NCBI GenBank assembly: GCA_964619725.1
Contig: CAZUFC010000007.1
Coordinates: 1-64,000 of the forward strand
Direction of reading: 5' to 3'
DNA length: 64,000 nucleotides
Source of the DNA: an uncultured bacterium
GTDB lineage: Bacteria > CSSED10-310 > CAZUFC01
The position numbers and the translations under genes are program-made. Below the pieces are notes generated by a model that worked only from the letters and a program-made list of their open reading frames with translations, was not told the origin of the DNA and did not search any database. Below, piece after piece: positions 1 through 9,859 of the stretch. How positions within the stretch are numbered: the first letter of the stretch is position 1; the number at the start of each line of letters is the position of its first letter.

Positions 1-307
1 TGATCCATAAACGGGCGAATTTATCTTAAGGCAAGGAAGGCAAGGATTTGCGAGGCAGGGGTAATGCATATACGTTGACTGAGCAAATCCGCATCCTGAC
101 GCAGAATTGGGGGAAATTCGCCGTTTATGGACAAAAACTAGATAGTATGGACTGCAGAAATTATCCTATGGGGAGTGATCAAGCCAAGTTTACACTATTT
201 TCAAAATATTATGTTTATCAGTTTTTCAACGCAGATTAAAAGTCCAGTCTGCAAAAATTCTCAAAAAGCGCCTTTTTGATCAAACTCATAAATCCCTCAT
301 TCTTCGC

Positions 308-2488
308 CTAATCGCATTCCGGACAATAAATTTCCATAAAATCGGACGGTTCCGGTGAGGGATTCCTGAATTGCGGCAAATCTTCAACTTTTTCCGTTTT
401 TTCCGGTTGTTTTTTGTCCTGTTCCCGGTCCGTTTCGATGACCTGGCTTTTTTTGGCGCCGGAGCGGAAGACGGTTATGCCCTTGCAGCCTGATTCCCAG
501 GCCAGGAAGTATGCTTTTTTTATTTCTTCTTGTGTGGCGTCCTGGGGGAAATTTATTGTTTTGGATACGGAATTGTCCACGTATTTCTGGAATGCCGCCT
601 GTATTCTTACATGATTTTCCGGTTTGACGTCGTGAGCGGCCACAAATATTTTTCGTATATTCTCAGGAATTTCTTGCATATCCTGGATGCTTGCTCTGCC
701 TTTTACTTTGTCTGTTAATTCTTTGGAATATATTCCTTCTTTTTTCATCCGTTCTTCGAAGTGGGGATTAATTTCCGTCATCTCTTCTCCGCCCAGGACG
801 TTTCGCCTTGTGAAGGAAACTGCGAAGAGCGGTTCTATGCCGGGCGAGCAGCCGGCTATGATGCTTATGGTTCCCGTAGGCGCGATGGTCGTCGTCACTG
901 CGTTTCTCAGGGGCGGTTCACCCTCTCTTTCGTACAGGCTTCCCTGGTAATTGGGGAAAGCGCCCCGTTTTCCGGCTAATTCACGGGATGCTTTTACGGA
1001 TTCCTCCTGAATGAATTTCATCAGCTTTTCCGCAGTCCTCAGCGCTTCATCAGCATCATACGGTATATTCATTTTGATCAGCATGTCCGCAAAACCCATC
1101 ACGCCTAATCCTATTTTTCGGTTGCCTCTGGTCATCTCTTCAATCTGTTTCAGCGGGTAACGGTTCACTTCCACGACATTGTCCAGGAACCTTACGCCTT
1201 TATGAACCGTATCTTTCAGTTTATCCCAGTCTATCCCCCATTGACCATCGTCCTTTTCTTCAAGCATACGGCTGACGTTTATACTCGCCAGGTTGCAGCT
1301 TTCATACGGAAGGAGGGGAAGCTCGCCGCACGGATTGGTCGCTTCAATTTCGCCCACATTGGGCGTGGGATTCTTCTTATTGATCCTGTCGATAAAAATG
1401 ACGCCGGGATCGCCTGTCTCCCAGGCCCGCTTCACGATCAATCCGAAAACCTTTTCCGCGTTTAATCTTCCCCAGACTTCTTTTGACCTGGGATTGATGA
1501 GATCATATCGTTCATTCCGCCGGGCTTTATGCATAAATTCATCCGTTACGGCTGCGGAAATATTGAAGTTCGACAGTCTTTGTTCGTCGGTCTTGGCGTT
1601 GATGAAGTCCAGGATATCAGGATGATCGATCCTCAATATTCCCATGTTGGCGCCGCGTCTTTTTCCTCCCTGCGAAATCACGGCCGTCGCCCTGTCGAAA
1701 ACCGACATGAATGACAGCGGTCCGCTTGCCGTGCCTTCGGCTGTTTTAACTACATCGCCTTTCGGTCTCAAACCGGCGAAGGAATAACCCGTTCCCCCGC
1801 CGCTCTGATGAATGATCGCACCCTCTTTTACCGCTTCGAATATGCCTTCCAAAGAATCGGGAACGGGCAGAACGAAACATGCGGACAACTGCTGCAGAAC
1901 ATTGCCGGCGTTCATCAGCGTCGGCGAATTGGGCAGAAACTCCAGCGAAGCCGTCATTCTATAAAACTGATCTTCAATCTCTTCGATAGCCTCATCGCTG
2001 ATATCCTCATCAAAACGCCGTTCCGCAGAAGCCATATTCGACGCTACCCTCCTGAACAATTCCTCCGGCGTTTCTATGATTTTACCCTCGTCATTCTTCT
2101 TCAAATAACGAACTTCCAATACTCGCAGGGCATTCGAGCTCAATTTAGTCTGAAAATCTTTATCTTTCAGTATCCATTTATCTTGCCTGATGCGGGTTCT
2201 TTTCTGCCTGTAATCGTGAAAAATCCTCGCCGTTTCCTCCATTTTTTCCCGCTTCAATATTTTCTCCACGGTATCTTGAATTTGCTCGACGTTGGGAATT
2301 TTACCAGAAAAACGACGGTTCAAATCCGCCGTTACTTTATCCGACAAGACGCCGGAAGAAACGGTTTCGCCGCCTTCTGTGCCCGCAGCATCCATCGCTT
2401 TGTCGATCGCTTCCGTGATCCTGCTTTTATCCCAATCGACGACCCTGCCGTCTCTTTTTTCGATTTTTAATATTTCACTTTTCATCAT
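308..2488 (-). CDS. nrdJ: Adenosylcobalamin-dependent (class II) ribonucleotide reductase with N-terminal ATP cone
   Basis: ATP-cone start (KRDGRVVDWDKSRI), FLPNSPTLMNAG, LSACFV, GGGTG, RRGANMG, catalytic TNPCGE, TIAPTGTIS, SVSKTIN; C-terminal CPEC; no nrdB nearby. Confidence 0.93.
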   Translation of the reverse strand: MMKSEILKIEKRDGRVVDWDKSRITEAIDKAMDAAGTEGGETVSSGVLSDKVTADLNRRFSGKIPNVEQIQDTVEKILKREKMEETARIFHDYRQKRTRIRQDKWILKDKDFQTKLSSNALRVLEVRYLKKNDEGKIIETPEELFRRVASNMASAERRFDEDISDEAIEEIEDQFYRMTASLEFLPNSPTLMNAGNVLQQLSACFVLPVPDSLEGIFEAVKEGAIIHQSGGGTGYSFAGLRPKGDVVKTAEGTASGPLSFMSVFDRATAVISQGGKRRGANMGILRIDHPDILDFINAKTDEQRLSNFNISAAVTDEFMHKARRNERYDLINPRSKEVWGRLNAEKVFGLIVKRAWETGDPGVIFIDRINKKNPTPNVGEIEATNPCGELPLLPYESCNLASINVSRMLEEKDDGQWGIDWDKLKDTVHKGVRFLDNVVEVNRYPLKQIEEMTRGNRKIGLGVMGFADMLIKMNIPYDADEALRTAEKLMKFIQEESVKASRELAGKRGAFPNYQGSLYEREGEPPLRNAVTTTIAPTGTISIIAGCSPGIEPLFAVSFTRRNVLGGEEMTEINPHFEERMKKEGIYSKELTDKVKGRASIQDMQEIPENIRKIFVAAHDVKPENHVRIQAAFQKYVDNSVSKTINFPQDATQEEIKKAYFLAWESGCKGITVFRSGAKKSQVIETDREQDKKQPEKTEKVEDLPQFRNPSPEPSDFMEIYCPECD

Positions 2489-2601
2489 CGCTCACCGCCT
2501 TTGTGTTCATCTACATGTTATTATATTTGCGGTTGAATTCAAAAGATAACATCGCTCTTCGGAAGCTTGTCAGTGACTGCCCTTCACGATGATTTATTGG
2601 G

Positions 2602-2668
2602 AAAGGACTAAAGGATTAAGGGACAAAGGGACCTAAGGGACCTAAGGGACGGAAGGGACGGGAAGGAC
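2602..2668 (+). repeat. Degenerate tandem ~9-nt repeat (AAGGGACNN)
   Basis: aaggactaaaggattaagggacaaagggacctaagggacctaagggacggaagggacgggaaggac read directly; same unit at ~24580-24640. Confidence 0.85.
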
Positions 2669-2846
2669 TTATCGCGTTTGTTTTTATTTTGTCTTATTTT
2701 TGGGTTTTTGGGTTTGCAGCGCTTTTCAGGGGGTCGGCTTTACCGGGGTAATTCTGAAGCATCTGATGCATATAACGCAGGAGACACCATATGATGGAAG
2801 AGGAGCAACACACAGGTTCACACGTTTTTTTGCTAACGGTCGCGGG

Positions 2847-3995
2847 TCAGGCCAGCGCCAGTATGACGGCCAGGACTGCCATTACTGTTCCCAGGAGGAT
2901 TTTCAGCAGGGAGAGGTGTGATTGAGTGGTTTTGGCTAATTGACTCCATTTCAGGCCGTAGTAGGCCAGTATCATCACTACCAGCAGCGGCAGCACGAAC
3001 AGGACGTTGTAGAAGAGGAGATATAGCCATCCTGTTACTTTCAGCCCTGATGTTCTGGTCATCAGTATGATGGTCGGCAGGTAGACCTGGCCGGTGCATA
3101 CGGCTTCCAGCAGGGTTACCAGGAAGCCCGTGACTACGGCGCCGGTGATCAGCCTGGTACTGCTCAGGCGGCTGGATATGACTTTATGTATTCTCATTTT
3201 GACCGGTTTGGGCAATTGCAGCTTTATGCCTTCGGTCTTACCCGTTCTTTTGTACGAAAAAGCATCCCAGAAGCTGATTATGGATACTATGCCGGCCAGG
3301 GCCACGGCGGACCATCTTACGGCCTGGGAAATCCAGTGATATTCTTCCAGGGCGATCAGGGCATGGAAAGCGCCGACGCCGAGCAGCAGATAAGTCACGT
3401 ATACGGCGGCGGTAAAGGAAAGGCCGATCACGATAATGTCCGTTTGTTTTCTTTTTTTGGCGGCCATGAAAGAAACCAGAAAGATCATGGTCGCTATGGC
3501 GCATGGATTCACGCCGTCGACAAGCCCGGCAGCCAGGATGCTGAAAAAGGTAAACTCCTGGAATCGATCTTTCAGACTTTTCTTTATTTCTTCGGGCTCT
3601 TCAGCAGTTTCAAGCTGCACGGCATCCCAGGTTTCCGGTCTTTCCAGTCGATTTCGTATCAGAGGGTCCGCATTGTTCATTATCTCTTCGTATCCCGTCA
3701 AAACAACATCGGCGAAGAAGAGTTCCTGGGCGGAACTTTCCTCGAGACCATAGGCTTTTTCCAGTCGGGTCATACGTTGGAAGCCTTCCTCCTTGTCGAT
3801 GTCGAAAAATCGGATGTTCAATCTGTCGGGATATTCCAGGGACAGGGGTTCGAGTATTTCATATTTGATTTCCTGGCATTCGCCGCAGGTAGGCGAGCTG
3901 AAAAAATATACGTCCATTTTGTCCTGAGCATTAACTGCATCCCATGGTAAAAACAAAATAACAAGCGTTGTCGCAAGAAGTCCTAACCTCTGCAT
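2847..3995 (-). CDS. Thioredoxin-like (CxxC) domain fused to CcdA/DsbD-type transmembrane electron-transfer domain
   Basis: Signal peptide, FFSSPTCGEC, then multi-TM domain with DGVNPCA and EAVCTGQVY cysteines typical of CcdA-like proteins; start chosen at MQRLG (ORF extends to 4034). Confidence 0.75.
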   Translation of the reverse strand: MQRLGLLATTLVILFLPWDAVNAQDKMDVYFFSSPTCGECQEIKYEILEPLSLEYPDRLNIRFFDIDKEEGFQRMTRLEKAYGLEESSAQELFFADVVLTGYEEIMNNADPLIRNRLERPETWDAVQLETAEEPEEIKKSLKDRFQEFTFFSILAAGLVDGVNPCAIATMIFLVSFMAAKKRKQTDIIVIGLSFTAAVYVTYLLLGVGAFHALIALEEYHWISQAVRWSAVALAGIVSIISFWDAFSYKRTGKTEGIKLQLPKPVKMRIHKVISSRLSSTRLITGAVVTGFLVTLLEAVCTGQVYLPTIILMTRTSGLKVTGWLYLLFYNVLFVLPLLVVMILAYYGLKWSQLAKTTQSHLSLLKILLGTVMAVLAVILALA

Positions 3996-4328
3996 AAAAC
4001 AGCTCCTTTTCTGCTTATTAACGACAAAATTCATCTCCGCTCATTCATCACTTTCCATTGCCTGATAAGAGACCTTGCAGTTGCAAATTCAGGTTCGTCG
4101 TTTCTTTGATCGTCTGCTCTCATCTGATTCAGGCGCGTCAATGCCTCCTGCCGCGCAAGGCAGTATAATATACATTCAATGTCCGATTAGCAAGCGCCTG
4201 TCCCGCGCAGAAATTTGAATCGGGATTCGATTTAACGGACAGACTCCATTGCCGCATCCGATAAATTTTTGCTCATGCAAAAGGCAAATGGGGCATTGAT
4301 CAAAAATGCTTCTTTTTAGGTTACAATT

Positions 4329-4445
4329 CGACAAAATCTCCCGTCATTTTGTTTCGATTGCGATCCCGATACCGACCCCGACCCTGATCACTAAAACAAA
4401 CCGTCAAAAGTTTTAAAAGAAATGTAACCCCGGTTTGATCAGTCC
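4329..4445 (+). repeat. Partial copy of a dispersed intergenic repeat element
   Basis: Shares aaatctcc...gattgcgat.ccgat.ccga and an exact 17-mer cccggtttgatcagtcc (4429-4445) with 13394-13410. Confidence 0.65.
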
Positions 4446-4493
4446 TGAAAGAATTTTGGGAAAGCGTACCGGAAAGCAAGCTATTATTGCGTT

Positions 4494-5150
4494 TCAGCGG
4501 CTTTTTTTGACTGCGGTGCGATCGCAGTGATCGAATAACACGCAGCGACTGCAGAACGGCGAAATGGGCCGGCATATCTGCTGTCCCCAGACCACAAGCA
4601 GATCGTTAATTTCTATCCAGTATTCCTTCGGCAGTTTTTTCCTTAGGGCCGTCTCAGTTTCATGGGCTTTCCGGGTTTTGACGTATCCCCATCGGTTGGT
4701 TATGCGATGCACGTGCGTATCCACGCATATGCCCGGCTTGCCGAAACCGACGGTTATCACCAGGTTCGCGGTTTTTCTGCCTACGCCCTTTATCGCCAGC
4801 AACCGGTCCAGGTCATCAGGAACTTTCCCCTCATACTTTTCAAGCAATTCCCCGCTGACGTGCTTCAGCGTTTTCGCCTTATTCCTGTAAAAACCGGCAG
4901 GCTTGATCAGCCGTTCGAGTTCCTCCGTTTTCAGCTTCAATATCGATTCCGGCGTGTCCGCAACCCTGAATAACCTCTCTGAAGCGACTTCCGTCATCTC
5001 GTCTTTCGTACGAAGACTCAACAACGTCGCTATCAGTATGCGAAAAGGATCACGCCTTTTCCGGGCCTGCCTCCCCACGATGGGTTCTCGGTAACGGGGA
5101 ACCTCTCGCCTTAATAATCGGATTACTTCATGAATTTTATCGTTGGTCAT
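4494..5150 (-). CDS. nth: Endonuclease III (HhH-GPD, 4Fe-4S)
   Basis: LLSLRTKD, GFYRNKAK, HhH IKGVGRKTANLV, VDTHVHRI, C-terminal C-x6-C-x2-C-x5-C; start uncertain (5150 or 5192). Confidence 0.93.
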   Translation of the reverse strand: MTNDKIHEVIRLLRREVPRYREPIVGRQARKRRDPFRILIATLLSLRTKDEMTEVASERLFRVADTPESILKLKTEELERLIKPAGFYRNKAKTLKHVSGELLEKYEGKVPDDLDRLLAIKGVGRKTANLVITVGFGKPGICVDTHVHRITNRWGYVKTRKAHETETALRKKLPKEYWIEINDLLVVWGQQICRPISPFCSRCVLFDHCDRTAVKKSR

Positions 5151-5262
5151 GCGAACCCCATATTTATTCCTCCGTCCTCGATTTCCATCCATTTATTTAC
5201 TACAGTGAATCCATCTGCACAACCATTTTCACAATTTAAACCTCTCCTATCTAATTCGCAAT

Positions 5263-5523
5263 TTATTTCACAATAATCAGAGCCATTTTGTCCGCATCGT
5301 AGCTTTTCATCCGTGAATATGCAACAGTACTTGCGTGTTCAATATTTGGATGATCATTTCGATTTAAAATACATTCTTGATCAATAGAGCTGTCTTTCAA
5401 GGATGTCCAATTAACGGCCAATACTTCATTGTCTTCATCGGAAGGCTCCGTTATTACAACCCATTAATGTCCGCCGGGAACATTCGGCCTGAAAACCAAT
5501 CCTGGAATAACGTCAACACACAT
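5263..5523 (-). pseudogene. Disrupted PemK/MazF-like toxin gene (in-frame TAA at codon 20)
   Basis: Manual translation: MCVDVIPGLVFRPNVPGGH*WVVITEPSDEDNEVLAVNWTSLKDSSIDQECILNRNDHPNIEHASTVAYSRMKSYDADKMALIIVK*; ATG lies within the last codons of the antitoxin gene; TAA at 5464-5466. Confidence 0.6.
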
Positions 5524-6073
5524 TTTTGCCTAATATGGAGTCAAGATATTCAATCTCGTTTTGTTCTCTGATTACTTTCTTAATTTCCGAACTTTTTCCA
5601 CTTACTTGCAATATTCTTTCAACGCTAATTTCTTTTCTTCCTTTTGTAATACCATGCCATTCCGGACAATTTCTGTGACACCACTCCCGCAATTGATACT
5701 GATTTTTTTCGCCATGCTGCAGATATATTTGATTTATCATTTTCTTCTCAGACTCAGACAATTGATCTGTACCCGGCGATTCAACAATTGTAACCATATG
5801 ATTTTCTCTGTCTGAAATGTATTTTTTCCAATCAGTTTTGACGAAATATAAGGTGCCGGAATTTATCAGGTCTAATATCTCACTTATTACAGGTCCATTT
5901 TTCATTGAAAAATAGTCTCCTCCAACAACTGGAATGCCGCGCCTGACAATAGAGAGTCTGTCAAGAAGATAAATTAATTTTACAAGCTTCATAATATTTA
6001 TTGAGTCTGCCTCTTTTTGAATAAAAAGGCAAGCAACCTGAGTAGCCTTTTTTGCATCAAATTTAAAATTCAT
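5513..6073 (-). CDS. Panacea (DUF4065/SocA-family) antitoxin-like protein
   Basis: KLVKLIYLLDR...G.PVVG..YFSMKNGPV and LREWCHRNCPEW motifs typical of DUF4065; AT-rich relative to flanks. Confidence 0.8.
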   Translation of the reverse strand: MNFKFDAKKATQVACLFIQKEADSINIMKLVKLIYLLDRLSIVRRGIPVVGGDYFSMKNGPVISEILDLINSGTLYFVKTDWKKYISDRENHMVTIVESPGTDQLSESEKKMINQIYLQHGEKNQYQLREWCHRNCPEWHGITKGRKEISVERILQVSGKSSEIKKVIREQNEIEYLDSILGKNVC

Positions 6074-6302
6074 AAAGCAGCCTCCTTCAGTTTGGCAGAG
6101 GAACGAAATGTTCCTTTACAAATTTCTATCACATTTCTTAAGAATAAATTAAATAATTCTTGTTTTTCAAGCTGTCAGAGAGAACAATTGTTTAATCAAA
6201 CGGCAAACCCCATGCCAACGTTGCAACCCGTTGCGAAACCATGATTTAAAATTGTGACAGTGTTCCTATTAATTTTTTTTGACCATCAAGTTTTCAATTT
6301 AA

Positions 6303-6375
<73 letters not shown>

Positions 6376-6418
6376 TATGGTCATAAAAACCGGATTCTGG
6401 TCCGGTTTTCGTCAGGTG

Positions 6419-6447
6419 AAACTAACCGAAGAGAATTATCTTGTCAA
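6419..6447 (-). promoter_or_regulatory. Putative sigma70 promoter for tRNA-Ala
   Basis: TTGACA-N17-TAGTTT about 45 nt upstream of the tRNA. Confidence 0.45.
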
Positions 6448-6455
6448 GTACAAAA

Positions 6456-8201
6456 TCAATCGAGAACGAACTGTTTTCTCCAGTCTTCGGCTTCCTGGAG
6501 GGGATTCTGTTCTTTTTTATCCAGGAGGAACGGTCCCAGGACCAGGTAATCCATGTGCGTTCTCATGAAGCAGAGGTATGCATCTTTGGGCGTGCATACT
6601 ATGGGTTCACCGCGTACGTTGAAGGAAGTGTTGATGATGACGGGGATGCCCGTCAGTTTTTCAAATTCCTTGATCACGTCGTAGTACATGGGATTGGCTT
6701 CTCTTGAGACGGATTGAAGCCTGGCGCTTCCGTCGACGTGAGTGACCGATGGTATGACCCTTTTGTCTTCCTTGACCTGGGCTGTCAGCAGCATATAAGG
6801 ACTCGGACAGTCAATTTCAAAGTATTCGGAAGATTTATCCTCCAGTACGGTCGGAGCGAACGGCCGGAAGGATTCTCTGAACTTGATCTTCAAGTTGACC
6901 GTATCCCTCATTTTGGTGTCCCTGGGGTCAGCCAGGATGCTTCGGCTGCCGAGCGCCCTGGGTCCGAATTCCATTCTGCCCTGGAACCATCCTACCACAT
7001 TCTGCTCGACCAGCAACTTGGCTGTTTCACGAACCAGCTCATCCTTCTCCACGCGCTGATATACCGCGCCGTATTGGTCCAGGACTTCCTTCATTTCTTC
7101 TTCGGTAAATTCAGGACCGAAATAGGGCATCTTGAGAACATAATTCCGCGGTTTGTCCAGCACCGAGTTGTAAAGGAGATAGGCCGCGCCCAGGGCTCCT
7201 CCGGCATCTCCGGCTGCAGGCTGGATAAAGATGTCTTCAAATTCCGTTTCCCTTAACACCCGGCCGTTGGCCACGCAATTAAGCGCGGTACCTCCCGCCA
7301 GGCACAAATGTTTCATACCGCCCGATTCCTTGTGAGCGTGCCGGCACATTTTCAGTACCACTTCTTCAGTCACCTTCTGCAAACTCATGGCGATATCTTT
7401 ATGGACCTGTTCCAGTTTCGATTCCGGCGTGCGGGGCGGAACGCCAAAGAGACGTTCGAATTTCCGGTTGAACATTTTTAGTCCATAGGTATAGGCGAAG
7501 TAGTCCATGTTGAGCTTAAAGCTTCCGTCTTCTTTTATGTCGATGAGATTCTCCCTGACCTGATCGTAATATTTCGGTTCTCCGTACGGCGCCAAACCCA
7601 TCACCTTGTATTCCGCGCTGTTCACTTTAAAACCGAGATAACCCGTTATGGCTGAGTAGAGCAAGCCAATGCTGTGAGGAAATCTCGTTTCCTTGATCAT
7701 CTCGATTTCGTTCTCTTTGCCGTAGCCGATGGCCGAAGTCGTCCATTCGCCCACTCCGTCCACGGTCACTATGGCCGCTTCCTTGAACGGCGAGACCAGG
7801 AATGTGCTGGCGGCATGAGACAAATGATGATCGCTGAACAGTATCTCGCCCTCGTATTCGGGCAATTCCTTATGAATATCGAATCTGACCCATAGTTTTT
7901 CCTTCAGCCAGAGCGGTATCGCCTTTATAAAAGATCTAATGCCTCTCGGAGCGACGGAGAGATAAGTAAGCAGGATTCGTTCGAATTTGGTAAAGGGTTT
8001 GTCGTAAAAAACGACGTAATCCAGGTCTCTGGCCGTTATTTTCGCTTCTGAAAGGCAATAATGAATCGCATTGACAGGAAAATCAAAATCATGCTTTTTC
8101 CTGGTAAAACGTTCCTCTGAGGCGGCGGCTACGACCATTCCTTCCTTGATCAGACAGGCTGCGGAATCGTGGTAATAACATGATAATCCTAAAATATACA
8201 T
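6456..8201 (-). CDS. O-carbamoyltransferase (NodU/CmcH family)
   Basis: YYHDSAA, EERFTRKKH, HHLSHAAS, DGVGE, AGGTALNC, GRMEFGPRALGSRS, NTSFN. Confidence 0.93.
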   Translation of the reverse strand: MYILGLSCYYHDSAACLIKEGMVVAAASEERFTRKKHDFDFPVNAIHYCLSEAKITARDLDYVVFYDKPFTKFERILLTYLSVAPRGIRSFIKAIPLWLKEKLWVRFDIHKELPEYEGEILFSDHHLSHAASTFLVSPFKEAAIVTVDGVGEWTTSAIGYGKENEIEMIKETRFPHSIGLLYSAITGYLGFKVNSAEYKVMGLAPYGEPKYYDQVRENLIDIKEDGSFKLNMDYFAYTYGLKMFNRKFERLFGVPPRTPESKLEQVHKDIAMSLQKVTEEVVLKMCRHAHKESGGMKHLCLAGGTALNCVANGRVLRETEFEDIFIQPAAGDAGGALGAAYLLYNSVLDKPRNYVLKMPYFGPEFTEEEMKEVLDQYGAVYQRVEKDELVRETAKLLVEQNVVGWFQGRMEFGPRALGSRSILADPRDTKMRDTVNLKIKFRESFRPFAPTVLEDKSSEYFEIDCPSPYMLLTAQVKEDKRVIPSVTHVDGSARLQSVSREANPMYYDVIKEFEKLTGIPVIINTSFNVRGEPIVCTPKDAYLCFMRTHMDYLVLGPFLLDKKEQNPLQEAEDWRKQFVLD

Positions 8202-8223
8202 CGATGTCTCCTCAATGATTCAT

Positions 8224-8475
8224 TTAATATTGCTTTCGTAAAAATTCCATATCTATTTCCCGGCGTTCCCTGGGAATCCAGTAAGAATCGTTGACCGGTT
8301 TCATGCGGATTCTCAAGGGGTCCTTACGCAAAATCCTTGCAACGATGGAAACGGGAAAAAATATGAAATAAAACATGAAGCTCAGTATCACGAGCGTATT
8401 GAAGCGTCCAATGGCGTGAGCGACTTTCAGCCATCCGGAGTAGAGAGTTTTGAAAAATTCCTTGAGTGGATTCAT
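8224..8475 (-). CDS. SxtJ-like small membrane protein
   Basis: W.K.AHAIG.FN..VIL..MFY.IF.P...V..ILRKDPL...SYWI.R...QY pattern; directly upstream of carbamoyltransferase. Confidence 0.7.
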   Translation of the reverse strand: MNPLKEFFKTLYSGWLKVAHAIGRFNTLVILSFMFYFIFFPVSIVARILRKDPLRIRMKPVNDSYWIPRERREIDMEFLRKQY

Positions 8476-8675
8476 TTTAATTTCCTCAATTCAAAAGATT
8501 GAAAGCGATATTCAGGCGACAGGCCGGAAAATCTCGCGGCAGTATAAGGCAAAAAAGCGTTCAGTGCAATTTTTTTTCTTAAACATGTTGCAAGGTGAGC
8601 GAGATTTTTTTATGATCATTGAGCGGAAAAAGCGTCGAGAAGGAAAGAGAAAAAAACCAACCAAAGGAGGAAATA

Positions 8676-9827
8676 TTGAAGATTGATCGCTTCATATTTC
8701 AATTTTTGATATGGATTGCGGGTGTGCTTTTTTTCGTTACATGTTTTCATGGAGGAGCGAAATCAGCCGCCTGCCTGGAGAGTTTCACTGCGACGGACAC
8801 GCCGAACGACGGCGGAGGTTCGATAACTCTCCGATGGAAATTACGTGAAGGGTGCGATGCAGGCGGATCAGCAACGATTTACCGGCGTGAAGAAGGCGAT
8901 GCGACGTACGAGGAAGCGGGGACGGTGCGGATAATGAGTCTCGAATATGAAGACGAGTCGGTAAGGAGCGGCGTTTTTTATGAATACAGGATTGAGACGG
9001 GCGTCGGTGGGGAACTGGAATCCATGACGAGTGCGGCGGTGAAGGCGAAACTGCAGTTATTCAACCGGAATCGTTTGAATGCTTTTTTATTGTTTCTGGT
9101 ATTCTGCAGCATCGTTATTGTCATGATCATAATGGCACGACAGGGCAAGAAGCTTTTCATCCGGCGCATTTCGGGATTGAATGCGATAGATGAGGCGATA
9201 GGCCGGGCGACCGAGATGGGCCGTAAGGTGTTGTATATTCCCGGAATCATGAGCATGGATGAGATACAGACGATAGCGAGCATATCGATACTGGGATACA
9301 TCGCACGGTACGCGGCTGAATTCAGGACCAATCTTGAAGTGCCGAACAAGGACCCGATAACGTTCGCGGCGACTCGTGAAACGGTGCGGGAAGCATTCAT
9401 GGCTTCCGGTCATCCCGATGCTTACAGCGAGGACATGGTGACGTATCTGACTTACGATCAGTTTGCCTACACGGCATCGATCAGCGGTAAGATGGTGCGT
9501 GAAAAGCCTGCCACCAATTTTTTAATCGGTTCGTTTTTTGCCGAATCCCTCCTTCTGGCAGAGATGGGCCAAAGCATAGGAGCGATCCAGATAGCGGGAA
9601 CGGCCGAGATATCGCAACTGCCTTTTTTCGTTGCGGCGTGCGATTATACGATGATCGGAGAGGAACTTTATGCGGCCAGCGCTTATATTTCGAAGGACCC
9701 TCTTATGGTGGGCAGCATCAAGGGTCAGGACTGGATGAAGCTAATCCTTTTGATTCTGCTTGTGCTGGGCGTTCTTCTGGAATCATTCGGAATAGGTATT
9801 TTAAGCGATTTTTTTACGCCGATGTAA
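8676..9827 (+). CDS. Fn3-like domain + DUF6754-like membrane-anchored protein
   Basis: GGAGG then TTG at 8676; signal, DTPNDGGGSITLRW Fn3-like domain, TM, IRRISGLNAIDEAIGRATEMG...GEELYAASAY...GQDW, C-terminal TM. Confidence 0.7.
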   Translation: MKIDRFIFQFLIWIAGVLFFVTCFHGGAKSAACLESFTATDTPNDGGGSITLRWKLREGCDAGGSATIYRREEGDATYEEAGTVRIMSLEYEDESVRSGVFYEYRIETGVGGELESMTSAAVKAKLQLFNRNRLNAFLLFLVFCSIVIVMIIMARQGKKLFIRRISGLNAIDEAIGRATEMGRKVLYIPGIMSMDEIQTIASISILGYIARYAAEFRTNLEVPNKDPITFAATRETVREAFMASGHPDAYSEDMVTYLTYDQFAYTASISGKMVREKPATNFLIGSFFAESLLLAEMGQSIGAIQIAGTAEISQLPFFVAACDYTMIGEELYAASAYISKDPLMVGSIKGQDWMKLILLILLVLGVLLESFGIGILSDFFTPM

Positions 9828-9859
9828 TTCATAATTCAGCATGATAGAAGGAGAAATCA

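Noticed and set aside
1-300. 63-aa ORF or structured RNA at the window start
   Set aside because: No recognisable protein or RNA motif
308-2488. Intein or intron in the RNR gene
   Set aside because: Length and motif spacing are normal; no splice-junction motifs seen
2489-2600. Cobalamin riboswitch or NrdR boxes upstream of nrdJ
   Set aside because: No B12-box recognisable; only a weak partial NrdR-like core (ctacatgt), insufficient to call
6080-6300. Integrase or attachment-site duplication beside tRNA-Ala
   Set aside because: No integrase ORF and no second copy of the tRNA 3' end found by eye
6456-8475. Saxitoxin biosynthesis (sxtI/sxtJ)
   Set aside because: No other sxt genes; these two families are widespread outside toxin clusters
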